From NCBI GenBank assembly GCA_051251855.1, contig JBPOGI010000004.1:224001-288000 (forward strand): DNA of 64,000 nt. The letters are read 5' to 3'. The position numbers were made by a program, and so were the translations under genes. The notes under the pieces are model-generated. The model did not search any database. It was not told where the DNA came from and saw only the letters and a program-made list of their open reading frames with translations. This stretch comes from Roseibacillus sp. Its GTDB lineage: Bacteria > Verrucomicrobiota > Verrucomicrobiia > Verrucomicrobiales > Akkermansiaceae. Shown here one piece after another: positions 25,912-35,018 of the stretch. The number at the start of each line of letters is the position of its first letter. Position 1 is the first letter of the stretch.

Positions 25912-26009
25912 GGTCCCCCTACTCTGCCCAATTTTAGAAAAGCAGCAAGATCGATGGCCGCTACAAAACCGAGCCTGTTCTTTTTCGAATATTCTGCCCA
26001 CAATCCCGC

Positions 26010-26483
26010 GTGTCGCCGGACGTCCATATTGAACCTGCTACTATCGAAGACCTCTCGGCTCTAACCGACTTGGTTGTGGACTTACTCGACCTCCAGGATG
26101 ATTTCACTCCCGATCCTTCTCTTCAAGAGAAAGGGATTCGCCACATCCTAGAAGAACCCGCTCGGGGACGTATCTTTGTCGTTCGCGCCCAAGATCGCAT
26201 TGTTGGAATGGCCAACTTGCTTTTCACCGTTTCCACCGCGATGGGAGGCTTTGTATTGATTATGGAAGACGTCATTATCCATCCCGAACACCGCGGCCAA
26301 GGCTACGGGGCCCTACTCGTCGAGGCTGTTGTCGAGTTCGCCCGCGAAAAGGACTTTAAACGCATCACCTTACTCGCCGACAAGCTCTCCAACGACTCTC
26401 AGGCCTTTTTCCAAGGACACGGCTTCCACTACTCCAGCCTCATCCCCATGAGACTCATCCTAGAACCCTCGGCCGTCTCTTGA
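26010..26483 (+). CDS. GNAT family N-acetyltransferase
   Basis: EDVIIHPEHRGQGYGALL acetyl-CoA binding motif; AFFQGHGF. Confidence 0.88.
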   Translation: MSPDVHIEPATIEDLSALTDLVVDLLDLQDDFTPDPSLQEKGIRHILEEPARGRIFVVRAQDRIVGMANLLFTVSTAMGGFVLIMEDVIIHPEHRGQGYGALLVEAVVEFAREKDFKRITLLADKLSNDSQAFFQGHGFHYSSLIPMRLILEPSAVS

Positions 26484-26488
26484 CTGTT

Positions 26489-26740
26489 ATGACAAGCCTC
26501 GTCGCGATCGCCCCAGCCGATGCTCATGCTTTGACCATGGTCGCCATCCTTGCCTTCGCTCTCGGCTCACTCCTCACCATGTTCTTAGTGATGGCGCGCA
26601 ATGGTAAACGCAACGCCGATCTAGACCTCCCGGAGTTCCCTGAAGAAGAGCCTGAGCCCGACAAGAAGCCGACGACTCCCCGCACCAAAGACGAGAAGCC
26701 TCCCAAAAATTGGGAAAAAGACGCTGATTGGTGGAAGTGA
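26489..26740 (+). CDS. Small single-TM hypothetical protein
   Basis: TM helix, charged Pro-rich tail, C-terminal WEKDADWWK; follows the GNAT gene closely. Confidence 0.65.
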   Translation: MTSLVAIAPADAHALTMVAILAFALGSLLTMFLVMARNGKRNADLDLPEFPEEEPEPDKKPTTPRTKDEKPPKNWEKDADWWK

Positions 26741-26744
26741 AGAA

Positions 26745-26933
26745 CTAGCGGAACTGCTTCTGCTCCGCGCGCCACTCGTAGCCACCTTTTGCGAGACATG
26801 CTAGCAACTCCCCTTCTTCGAGACCGTGGGATTTACAAAGGTCTTCCAAGCTATTGGCATTGTTACGCAGCTCAGTATTCACCAAGCCCACCAGAAGATG
26901 TGGGTCCATCGATTGAAAGTTAGAGAGATTCAT
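26745..26933 (-). CDS. DUF4250 family protein
   Basis: MDPHLLVGLVNTELRN...SLEDLC...GYEWRAEQKQFR. Confidence 0.8.
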   Translation of the reverse strand: MNLSNFQSMDPHLLVGLVNTELRNNANSLEDLCKSHGLEEGELLACLAKGGYEWRAEQKQFR

Positions 26934-26937
26934 TTAT

Positions 26938-26996
26938 GGAGCAGGGACATTCCTGTCCCTGAATTCAATAAACAAGGACAGGAATGTCCTTGCTCC
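26938..26996. repeat. Inverted pair of 24-bp REP-like palindromes (REPIN-like)
   Basis: GGAGCAGGGACATTCCTGTCCCTG (26938-26961) and CAAGGACAGGAATGTCCTTGCTCC (26973-26996); same family at 49344-49415. Confidence 0.85.
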
Positions 26997-27001
26997 CGTA
27001 T

Positions 27002-28378
27002 CTAGAAGTGCAGCGCATGCCCATCGGCATCCAAGGTCGCCTCATGGATGGCCTCAGCAATGGTCGGGTGAGCATGAATGGTGCCATGAATCTCGTCGGT
27101 GGTCAGCTCCATCTCTAACGCCAAGCCCATCTCGGCAATCAAGTCAGTCGCATTCTCACCCATGATGTGTGCGCCCAGAAGCTCACCGTGTTCCTTACCG
27201 TAGAGGAGCTTCACAAAACCTTCGGTCTCGCCGATAGCCTGCGCTTTTCCGAGTGCCTGGAACGGGAACTTGCCGACCTTGTAATCAACACCCTCTTCCT
27301 TGAGCGCCTCTTCAGTCTTACCAACCGAAGCAACCTCCGGATAACAATAAGTACAACCAGGGAAGTTCTCCACCTGACGAGGAATGTGTCCTTCCACAAA
27401 GAGTCCATCCACGCACTGCACCGCCTCAAACATTCCAGTATGAGCCAACCAAGGAGGACCATTAATGTCGCCAATCACGAAAACGTTCTTCTGACTCGTC
27501 TCGTAGCGCTCGTTCATTTTCACGTAGCCACGCTCATCCAGCTCAGGATTCGCCCCACCAGGAAGAACCGGAGCCACTCCAATCGCGACGAGGCATGTAT
27601 CTGCCGTCAGCTCTTGAGTGCCCTTTTTATTTTCAACGGTCAGCGTGACGCTATTCCCATTGTTCTTAAACTGAGTCACCTTGGTATCGGTCAGACAATT
27701 GACCCCAAGCTTCTTGTAGGACTTCTCGAGCGCCTTACCCACTTCCTGGTCCTCTACCGGAAGAATGGTCGACTGCATCTCAACCAGAGTCACCTCCGTG
27801 CCAAAGGCCTTATAAACATAAGCAAATTCCACTCCAATCGCGCCCGCACCAATGATGAGCATGGACTTGGGTTGCTCCGCCAAAGTCATCGCATCCTTAG
27901 AAGAAAGCACCGCTTTCCCATCAAACGGAAGTGGTGGCAATTCGCGAGGCTTACACCCAGTCGCAATGATGATGTTCTTCGCTTCGTGAATCTCTTTCTT
28001 ACCGTCTTTCTCAACCCCAACTTTTCCGGGACCTTCGAGAGAACCGAAACCTTTTATGTAATCAACTTTGTTCTTCTTAAAAAGAAACTCAACCCCGCCC
28101 GCGAGACGGTCCGCCACCTTACGGGAACGACCGATCACTTCACTCCAATCATAGGAAAGATTGTCGAACTTCATTCCAAACTCCGCCGCCTGATGAGTCA
28201 TCTGGTGATAGAGGTGAGCGTTCTTCAAAAGTGCCTTCGTAGGAATACAACCCCAGTTGAGACAAGTGCCTCCTGGACGCTCCACTTCCACACAAGCCAC
28301 CTTCTTACCCAACTGTCCCGCGCGAATCGCAGCGATATATCCAGCAGGGCCTCCACCAATCACAATCAAGTCGTACAT
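27002..28378 (-). CDS. lpdA: Dihydrolipoyl dehydrogenase
   Basis: IGGGPAGY, GGTCLNWGCIPTK, IGAGAIGVE, HAHPTIAE. Confidence 0.95.
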   Translation of the reverse strand: MYDLIVIGGGPAGYIAAIRAGQLGKKVACVEVERPGGTCLNWGCIPTKALLKNAHLYHQMTHQAAEFGMKFDNLSYDWSEVIGRSRKVADRLAGGVEFLFKKNKVDYIKGFGSLEGPGKVGVEKDGKKEIHEAKNIIIATGCKPRELPPLPFDGKAVLSSKDAMTLAEQPKSMLIIGAGAIGVEFAYVYKAFGTEVTLVEMQSTILPVEDQEVGKALEKSYKKLGVNCLTDTKVTQFKNNGNSVTLTVENKKGTQELTADTCLVAIGVAPVLPGGANPELDERGYVKMNERYETSQKNVFVIGDINGPPWLAHTGMFEAVQCVDGLFVEGHIPRQVENFPGCTYCYPEVASVGKTEEALKEEGVDYKVGKFPFQALGKAQAIGETEGFVKLLYGKEHGELLGAHIMGENATDLIAEMGLALEMELTTDEIHGTIHAHPTIAEAIHEATLDADGHALHF

Positions 28379-28423
28379 AATCAGAAAATTTAGTTTTTAG
28401 GTCTTTCGTTTTTAGTTTTTCCC

Positions 28424-30106
28424 TTAGTAGGGCATCGGGAAGGCCTTATTAAAAGCAAAGACACGGCTTTGAATATCCGCCAGCTTCGCTTCATCATCCT
28501 TGTTGGTGAGCGCCTCATAAATCAGATCAGCCACCTTTTCAACATCGGCTTCCTTCATTCCACGCGTGGTCACTGCAGGAGTTCCAATCCGAATTCCACT
28601 CGGCTTCATGGGACTGCCAGTATCAAACGGAATCGCGTTCTTGTTCACGGTGATGCCTACTTTATCGAGAGTGATGCTCGCTTCGTTGCCGTTGATTTCA
28701 ATAGGGCGGAGGTCGACCATGAAGACATGGTTATCAGACCCACCTGAAACGATACGCAGGCCATGAGACCCGAGACGGTTGGCAAGTGCGGCAGAGTTTT
28801 TCACGACCTGCTCTTGGTATTCCTTGAAACCAGATTTGAGACACTCGCCGAAACAAACCGCCTTCGCCGCAATCACATGCATCAACGGTCCCCCCTGAAC
28901 CCCAGGGAAAACCCGGCCGTCCACCTTCTTAGCGTGCTCTTCTTTGCAAAGAATAATGCCACCGCGAGGACCACGGAGAGATTTGTGCGTGGTTGAAGTC
29001 ACAAAGTCTGCGTGAGGAACTGGGCTGGGATGAACTCCCGCCGCCACCAAACCGGCAATGTGCGCCATATCCACCATCAGATAAGCACCGACGCTCTTCG
29101 CAATCTCACCCATGCGCTCAAAATCGATGACCCGGGAGTATGCACTCGCGCCACTCGTAATCAGCTTCGGCTTGCACTCTTTGGCCAAAGCTTCCAAGGC
29201 ATCATAATCGATGGTCTCATCGCCCTCCGTAACGCCGTAGTGAACGACATCATAAAGACGGCCCGAGAAGTTGGCAGGGTGCCCGTGAGTCAGATGACCG
29301 CCATGCGCGAGGTCCATTGTCAAAATACGGTCCCCCGGCTTCAACACCGCAAAGTAGACCGCAGTATTCGCCTGACTCCCTGAGTGAGGCTGCACATTGA
29401 CGTGCTCGGCTCCGAAAATTTCTTTTGCACGCTCGATGGCGAGGGTCTCGACCTTGTCGACCTCTTCACAACCACCATACCAACGCTTGCCGGGATAACC
29501 CTCAGCATACTTGTTGGTCAGGACAGAACCCTGCGCTTCCATCACCGCAGGGCTTGCAAAGTTCTCCGAAGCAATGAGCTCCACGTGAGAACGCTGACGC
29601 CCGTGCTCGCCTTCAATGATATCGTAGACTTTTCCATCAGTCACTGCGAGGCGACTTCCCGACCCCTTAATCAAGCGACGCTCATGGCGCCCGCCCTCGA
29701 AAGCAGTCTTCAAAAACGCCTCTGCCATCTCGATGGCCAAAGACGTATCCGCATACATGTTACCGATGCACAGCACATTGGCGTCATTATGGCTACGGGT
29801 CACAGTCGCCTCTTCCACTGAATTCACCTTTGCGGCGCGAATGCCTTGCCAGCGGTTGGCGCTGATCGACATCCCAATCCCGCTTTTGCAGACCAAAATT
29901 CCGAAATCGAAACCGCCGTCGGTCATCGCGCGACAGACATCATTCGCAAAGTCCGAATAATCAACGGAATCTGCTTCATTGGTGCCAAAATCTCCCACCG
30001 TGCAACCCGCACCTTCAAGGTAAGTGCGGAGAGCCGCTTTGATTTCCAAGCCACCATGATCGGCTCCAAGAGCCACTCTAATATTCGGGAATGTTGCCTC
30101 GCTCAT
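28424..30106 (-). CDS. glyA: Fused ribose-5-phosphate isomerase B / serine hydroxymethyltransferase
   Basis: N-terminal Rpi[37 protein letters not shown]. Continues in frame into [39 protein letters not shown]. Confidence 0.93.
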   Translation of the reverse strand: MSEATFPNIRVALGADHGGLEIKAALRTYLEGAGCTVGDFGTNEADSVDYSDFANDVCRAMTDGGFDFGILVCKSGIGMSISANRWQGIRAAKVNSVEEATVTRSHNDANVLCIGNMYADTSLAIEMAEAFLKTAFEGGRHERRLIKGSGSRLAVTDGKVYDIIEGEHGRQRSHVELIASENFASPAVMEAQGSVLTNKYAEGYPGKRWYGGCEEVDKVETLAIERAKEIFGAEHVNVQPHSGSQANTAVYFAVLKPGDRILTMDLAHGGHLTHGHPANFSGRLYDVVHYGVTEGDETIDYDALEALAKECKPKLITSGASAYSRVIDFERMGEIAKSVGAYLMVDMAHIAGLVAAGVHPSPVPHADFVTSTTHKSLRGPRGGIILCKEEHAKKVDGRVFPGVQGGPLMHVIAAKAVCFGECLKSGFKEYQEQVVKNSAALANRLGSHGLRIVSGGSDNHVFMVDLRPIEINGNEASITLDKVGITVNKNAIPFDTGSPMKPSGIRIGTPAVTTRGMKEADVEKVADLIYEALTNKDDEAKLADIQSRVFAFNKAFPMPY

Positions 30107-30235
30107 AGAATCGACAAATCGTCCCCCCTTCCCTGCCCCTTCCCGGCCAGAAAGGCAACCGCGAAAAGGACGTTTCAGGCCAGTTTTGAGCGAAAACAGC
30201 GGATTTGTTCCCAGCGAAACCAAGTCCACCCACGC

Positions 30236-33200
30236 CTAAGGAATCAAAACCGGACTAATCCTGAGCCGGTAGAAATTTTTCTCCTCATCTTCGAAGCTCA
30301 TAGAATCATGCACGAGAACTGACTCCAACTCGGGTCCAAGAACCACCGACCCGACTTCGCCCGCTCCTAGAACCGGAGTAAAATTCATCAAAGTAGTCGA
30401 ACTCAACAGCTCAACTTGGACATCGGAGGTCAAACGTCGCCGAGCCAGACGGATACCAAACTGCCCCCCGGGAGCATCACCATTGGCTTCTGGAGTAAAC
30501 CTCGGAGCATCCGCAAGACTTGGATTCATTCCGAGCGCATACTCATACCAGAGCGACCATCCGTCGTCATCACTATCGTCATCGGGATGCCCAGGCTGCC
30601 CAAAGGCTTGCTCCTCAGGGAGATAGTTCTCCGCCTGCCATCCGTTAAAGTGAATGAGGAACCCCCCTCCAGCCAATCCGGGGGACCCTTCTGCCTCGAT
30701 ACTGCTTCCCCACGTCTGCGGCTCATCGAAGGCATTGTAGACCGTCGCCAAATCTCGCAGCACAAGCGAAGACCCTTCCCCATCCGAAGGTGGATACCAA
30801 TGGTCAGAATAGGAAAAATCGAGAACGTTCTCACCCACCCTATCGACAATTTGGAGACGCTCTCCCGAGTTCGATAACTCTCCAAAATACGGCCCCAGGA
30901 CTGGCACCGAGAGAGTGGGATACCGCAGCGATAACGCGTTGGGATTATTCGCTAAAATAATGCGCTCCCCAGCACCCAAGGTCGTCCCCACAGGAAAGGT
31001 AAACGTGATGCCGTCATCAAAAGAAGCTCCGTCGAGCACCAGAGGAGAACTTCCCGTATTGACCAATTCGATAAACTCAAAATCATTCTCATTCAAAGCA
31101 GGCGTCACCGCGAGCTCGGCCGAGGTGGGCTCGGTCGGATGATACGAAATCTCACTCACTCGAAGAAATTGCTGAGCGGGAGACGGATTCGACGGAACCG
31201 TAAAGTCGTCCACGAAGGCCCCCGTTTCATTGCGCAGCGTCAAAAGCTCCCCACGCGCCGAGAGTTGACCCGAATAGCCACCTTGAACGTAGCGAAACTC
31301 ATTCCCCGTCGGCCCCGCAGCACGCGCTCGAAAGGCGGCGGCATCCTTCGCAATATGGAGCAATCCCCGATAGCCGGAACTGCTCTGACCACTCCCCGCT
31401 AGAATCACCGTTCCTGCCGGAAAGGTATACTCGATCGCTCCTTCCAGCGTCCAGCCCGAGAGATCCACCGAGGCTCCCGAATTATTCTGAAGGATCACAT
31501 ATTCCTCGTCCTGCGATCCCGAGGCAGGATTCTCATCCATTGATCGAATGATCACATTGGGAGTCGCAGCCTGAGTCGACGGAATGAAGGTGCCGTTAAG
31601 ATTCGCGTTCGAGCCAAAAATCACTCCCCGATGCTGGGGCAGCCATTCGTTATAAATTCGGGCCGAAGCCGCACTCGAGTTCTGCATATCTCCCCATGAA
31701 CCCCAGGCGTTAAAATCTCGATCCGCATCCGAAAACCCAGGCGGATTGATACTCAACTCCACGTCAATCACTCGATTTCGCACCCAATCCGTAGTCACTG
31801 GCGGCGAGGCCGACTGGAACAACTCACGACGCATCGTCTCAAAGCGGCGCACCCACATATCCTGAAACTCGGGCGTGGTATAAATCAGCTCCCAAAGCGG
31901 ATTCGTATTAAAGAGGATCAGCCCCGTTATCAAATCATCGTCAAAATAAAGATCCTGATTATTCCAACGATGCCCAAAGGACAAATCCACATCCCAAGGC
32001 AAAGGCCGCCATTCCCCCGACCCCTCGGTATCGCGATAGAGGTAGTAGTTCTTGTGACCGGTATCTGTAATTCCGATCACTTGGTTGGCCACGAGGTGAT
32101 TGATGGTCGCCGCAATATCGATATTGTCGTAGGCGTTCCTTCTTAGATCCGCTGTGCTAAGAGAAGTATCGATACTGTCGATGAAATCTTGCAAATCCTG
32201 CGTCCCCTCTTCCTTGCGCGTCTTCTTGGCTGAGTTGTTAGGGTTCACCAACTTGTCGTAAATCTTATAGAGCGCACCCTCATCATCAAGACCCAGACGG
32301 TCTAGATAGCGGTCATCTCCATCTTCAATCAAATCCACCACCGAAAAAAAGGAACCATTCCGCTCTACTCGAACTGGGAAAGAATAATGATACCCAGACC
32401 CCACCTCTCGGTAAAATTCGTAACCAAGGGTGTTGCGAACCTTACTTTTATCGGCGTAGTTGGTGATGAGATTGATGTCCTTGACTCTTCTCTCACCCTC
32501 CCTCCACTTGAACCGATTTCCGTTATTAAAATCTAAATCATGACTTTTCTTCGGAAAAGTCGGACCAGCCGTCGACTGCCCGTGCAGGTCCATCTGCACG
32601 TTGTCGTAGAACTCACCCAAGTAGGACAACGAAACGCGATCACCGCTGCGGGTATCAACAGCAGCAGCATCATCCACAAAAGTCTGCAACACCGGTAAAT
32701 TTGCAAGCGCCACTTCAGGATCATTCGCCACCGTGCCATAGTACTGGTCCGCATCCAGCGGGTCCAAATATGGAGGCGAAGTGCGAGTCTTGGCGTTCCC
32801 ATCTACCGCCTCAAACCGCCACCGAAACATCTCCCCTTCCGAAACCTGCGAAGTAGGAAGCGCGCCACTGTAAATTCCATCCGCAGCGACCAAATCAACC
32901 CCCGTGCCATCATCAACGAGCACCACCGCACTCTCCGCTCCGAACATCGTGCGATGATACGCAGTCACCGATTGCACCTCGCTCGTGCCCTCGAACACTT
33001 CGGCAGTCACCTGCAGAGGCGGACTACCTGAACTACCCGTTGGAGCCATTTCTGCAACTTCAGTCACCTCCCCGAAGATGGGCGCTAGTTCGGACTCCCC
33101 AAGCCCATTGCTCTCCCCAGGAGTAGGATTCAAAAAATAGACCGGCGCTCCCGCTACCGAGAAAGACCGAGTCACCACCAACTCCGGCTGCAATAGTAAA

Positions 33201-34168
33201 TCAGAGCTATCAACGGTGCGATTGAAACATTGGAAAGCCAACAGATTCGCCCCCTCGTTGAAAGACGCCGTACTCAGGTCGACATCAAAATAGATCTGCT
33301 CGTCATTGAGACCGTCGTTGCGAGTGGTTGTCGAAATCGAGTCCCAGTTCGCGGGACTCGGGTTTCGATCTGCCGCGACTGGCGCTCCATTTAAAAAGGC
33401 CGCAAAGCCATCGTCCCAGCGCATTCGCAGCGAAGCCGACACAATCTGATTCGCATCAGTGACATTGAAGGGAACCCGAATGAAGGCCGAAGGATTCACA
33501 TCAAACATCCGCGACTGAATATCTCCTCCGGGCCCAATCCAAGCGCCATAAGTTCCGGTCCCCGTCTCATACCCCACCCCCAAATTAACCGCCGTCCAAG
33601 CACTCCCCGAAAAGGCCCCGCTCAAATTCGTGTTCCAACCCGAAAACTGGGAATTGAACTGAGCCTGACTCGTCGGCACTCCCGCCCGCCCCGGAGTTTC
33701 CAGCGCGACCACTGTTTCGGTAGCAGAGCCCTCCTCGCTGCCATAGGAAACATCGGTCGCCTGCACTGGATATTCAGGACTAAACTCGGTCGCGATCGTC
33801 GTGCCATCACTTTCTACCAGTGCAAGATACTCGCCTCCTTTACTCAAAGAAAAATTGGTGTGCAGAGGTAACCCCGCAATCGCTCGATCCCGCCCCGAGG
33901 CAAAAATGACCATTCGCCCATTCGCGGCAATCGTGACCGCCGGAAAACTCCACTTTCCTAGATTAGAGGACTTGTCGGTCAAACTCCAGCCATCGAGGTC
34001 AACCGGCGATACGCCATCATTATAGATTTCGATCCAATCCGGCTCGTCGCCAAAGTCATCCTTCAAGCCATCAGAGTTGGAGGCCACAAACTCCGAGATT
34101 CGAACCTCCCCCAAGGCCGAGGAAAGCACAAAGGGAAGAATGGCTAGAATAGGAAGAAGGGCTCTCAA
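30236..34168 (-). CDS. Secreted CotH kinase family protein with lamin tail domains
   Basis: Signal peptide; lamin-tail motifs ISEFVASN..DWIEIYN..VDLDGWSL, EYVILQN..VDLSGWTL, ISYHP..FEFIELVN; CotH core FPKKSH, HKNYYLY, LPWDVDLSFG. Confidence 0.88.
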   Translation of the reverse strand: MRALLPILAILPFVLSSALGEVRISEFVASNSDGLKDDFGDEPDWIEIYNDGVSPVDLDGWSLTDKSSNLGKWSFPAVTIAANGRMVIFASGRDRAIAGLPLHTNFSLSKGGEYLALVESDGTTIATEFSPEYPVQATDVSYGSEEGSATETVVALETPGRAGVPTSQAQFNSQFSGWNTNLSGAFSGSAWTAVNLGVGYETGTGTYGAWIGPGGDIQSRMFDVNPSAFIRVPFNVTDANQIVSASLRMRWDDGFAAFLNGAPVAADRNPSPANWDSISTTTRNDGLNDEQIYFDVDLSTASFNEGANLLAFQCFNRTVDSSDLLLQPELVVTRSFSVAGAPVYFLNPTPGESNGLGESELAPIFGEVTEVAEMAPTGSSGSPPLQVTAEVFEGTSEVQSVTAYHRTMFGAESAVVLVDDGTGVDLVAADGIYSGALPTSQVSEGEMFRWRFEAVDGNAKTRTSPPYLDPLDADQYYGTVANDPEVALANLPVLQTFVDDAAAVDTRSGDRVSLSYLGEFYDNVQMDLHGQSTAGPTFPKKSHDLDFNNGNRFKWREGERRVKDINLITNYADKSKVRNTLGYEFYREVGSGYHYSFPVRVERNGSFFSVVDLIEDGDDRYLDRLGLDDEGALYKIYDKLVNPNNSAKKTRKEEGTQDLQDFIDSIDTSLSTADLRRNAYDNIDIAATINHLVANQVIGITDTGHKNYYLYRDTEGSGEWRPLPWDVDLSFGHRWNNQDLYFDDDLITGLILFNTNPLWELIYTTPEFQDMWVRRFETMRRELFQSASPPVTTDWVRNRVIDVELSINPPGFSDADRDFNAWGSWGDMQNSSAASARIYNEWLPQHRGVIFGSNANLNGTFIPSTQAATPNVIIRSMDENPASGSQDEEYVILQNNSGASVDLSGWTLEGAIEYTFPAGTVILAGSGQSSSGYRGLLHIAKDAAAFRARAAGPTGNEFRYVQGGYSGQLSARGELLTLRNETGAFVDDFTVPSNPSPAQQFLRVSEISYHPTEPTSAELAVTPALNENDFEFIELVNTGSSPLVLDGASFDDGITFTFPVGTTLGAGERIILANNPNALSLRYPTLSVPVLGPYFGELSNSGERLQIVDRVGENVLDFSYSDHWYPPSDGEGSSLVLRDLATVYNAFDEPQTWGSSIEAEGSPGLAGGGFLIHFNGWQAENYLPEEQAFGQPGHPDDDSDDDGWSLWYEYALGMNPSLADAPRFTPEANGDAPGGQFGIRLARRRLTSDVQVELLSSTTLMNFTPVLGAGEVGSVVLGPELESVLVHDSMSFEDEEKNFYRLRISPVLIP

Positions 34169-34290
34169 ATAGAAAAGGGGTTTTGCTCTAGAAAGGTAAA
34201 TGTCTCTTCGTGACCCATCAATGAAGAAAACTCACCTCGAAAGCTGGGCCACCCCCTTCCAATGATCCCACCCCTCCGAGAGCTTCCCCC

Positions 34291-34965
34291 TTGTCCCCTA
34301 TTCTCGAACTGTTAGCCTCCGAGCAACGCTCCTTCCCTGCTTTGAACAACGACATCGACACCAGCGCCACTCTGCTCCTGCGTCTCCGCGACAAGGCTGA
34401 TCAGGCATCTTGGAACGAATTCGTCGAAATTTACACCCCTCTCCTCTTCGCCTATTGCCAAAAGAGGGCCATCGCACCCCAAGACTCCGCCGATATCGTC
34501 CAAAACGTCTTTCTCTCCGTCTCAAAGGCTCTGAAAACCTTCCAATACGATCCCGCCAAGGGACGCTTCAAGGCTTGGCTCTTCACCGTTCTCCGCAACG
34601 CTATCAACGGCCATTTCCGCAAAGCCAGCCGCACCCCAGACACCACCAGTGAACCCTTTCTCCTCGAGCAGGCCCAAGATGAGGATTTAGAGATGGATTG
34701 GGACCGCGACTATCGCTTGCGGCTTCTCCGCTGGGCCATGGACAAAATCGAGCCCGAGTTCACCCCGCGCTCCTGGAGCATTTTTTACAAGACCGCCATC
34801 GAGGACCAATCCCCCGATCAGGTCGCGCAGGAGCTGGGCATGAACAAAAACGCAGTCACGGTGCAAAAATACCGCGTCGTGCAGCGTCTCCGGCAAAAAC
34901 TGCAATCCATTGATGCCGCGCGCTGGGAGGAAGACCTCGTCGCCGAAAAAGGAGCCCAAGGTTAG
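34291..34965 (+). CDS. ECF sigma-70 factor (start uncertain, TTG 34291 or 34342)
   Basis: TSATLLLRL, WNEFVEIYTPL, DSADIVQNVF, GRFKAWL, VAQELGM..V...KYRV; directly upstream of a Ser/Thr kinase. Confidence 0.9.
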   Translation: MSPILELLASEQRSFPALNNDIDTSATLLLRLRDKADQASWNEFVEIYTPLLFAYCQKRAIAPQDSADIVQNVFLSVSKALKTFQYDPAKGRFKAWLFTVLRNAINGHFRKASRTPDTTSEPFLLEQAQDEDLEMDWDRDYRLRLLRWAMDKIEPEFTPRSWSIFYKTAIEDQSPDQVAQELGMNKNAVTVQKYRVVQRLRQKLQSIDAARWEEDLVAEKGAQG

Positions 34966-35018
34966 AAACCCTGTTATCGCACTCACTCCTTCGTCATAGA
35001 TCTCTTCAGACAATCCTC

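Noticed and set aside
27167..28393. 408-aa + strand ORF, and similar long antisense ORFs (10253-11152, 22186-23226, 47611-48642, 56158-57018, 58173-58997)
   Set aside because: Shadow frames opposite well-supported genes, expected from the codon bias; no recognisable motifs.
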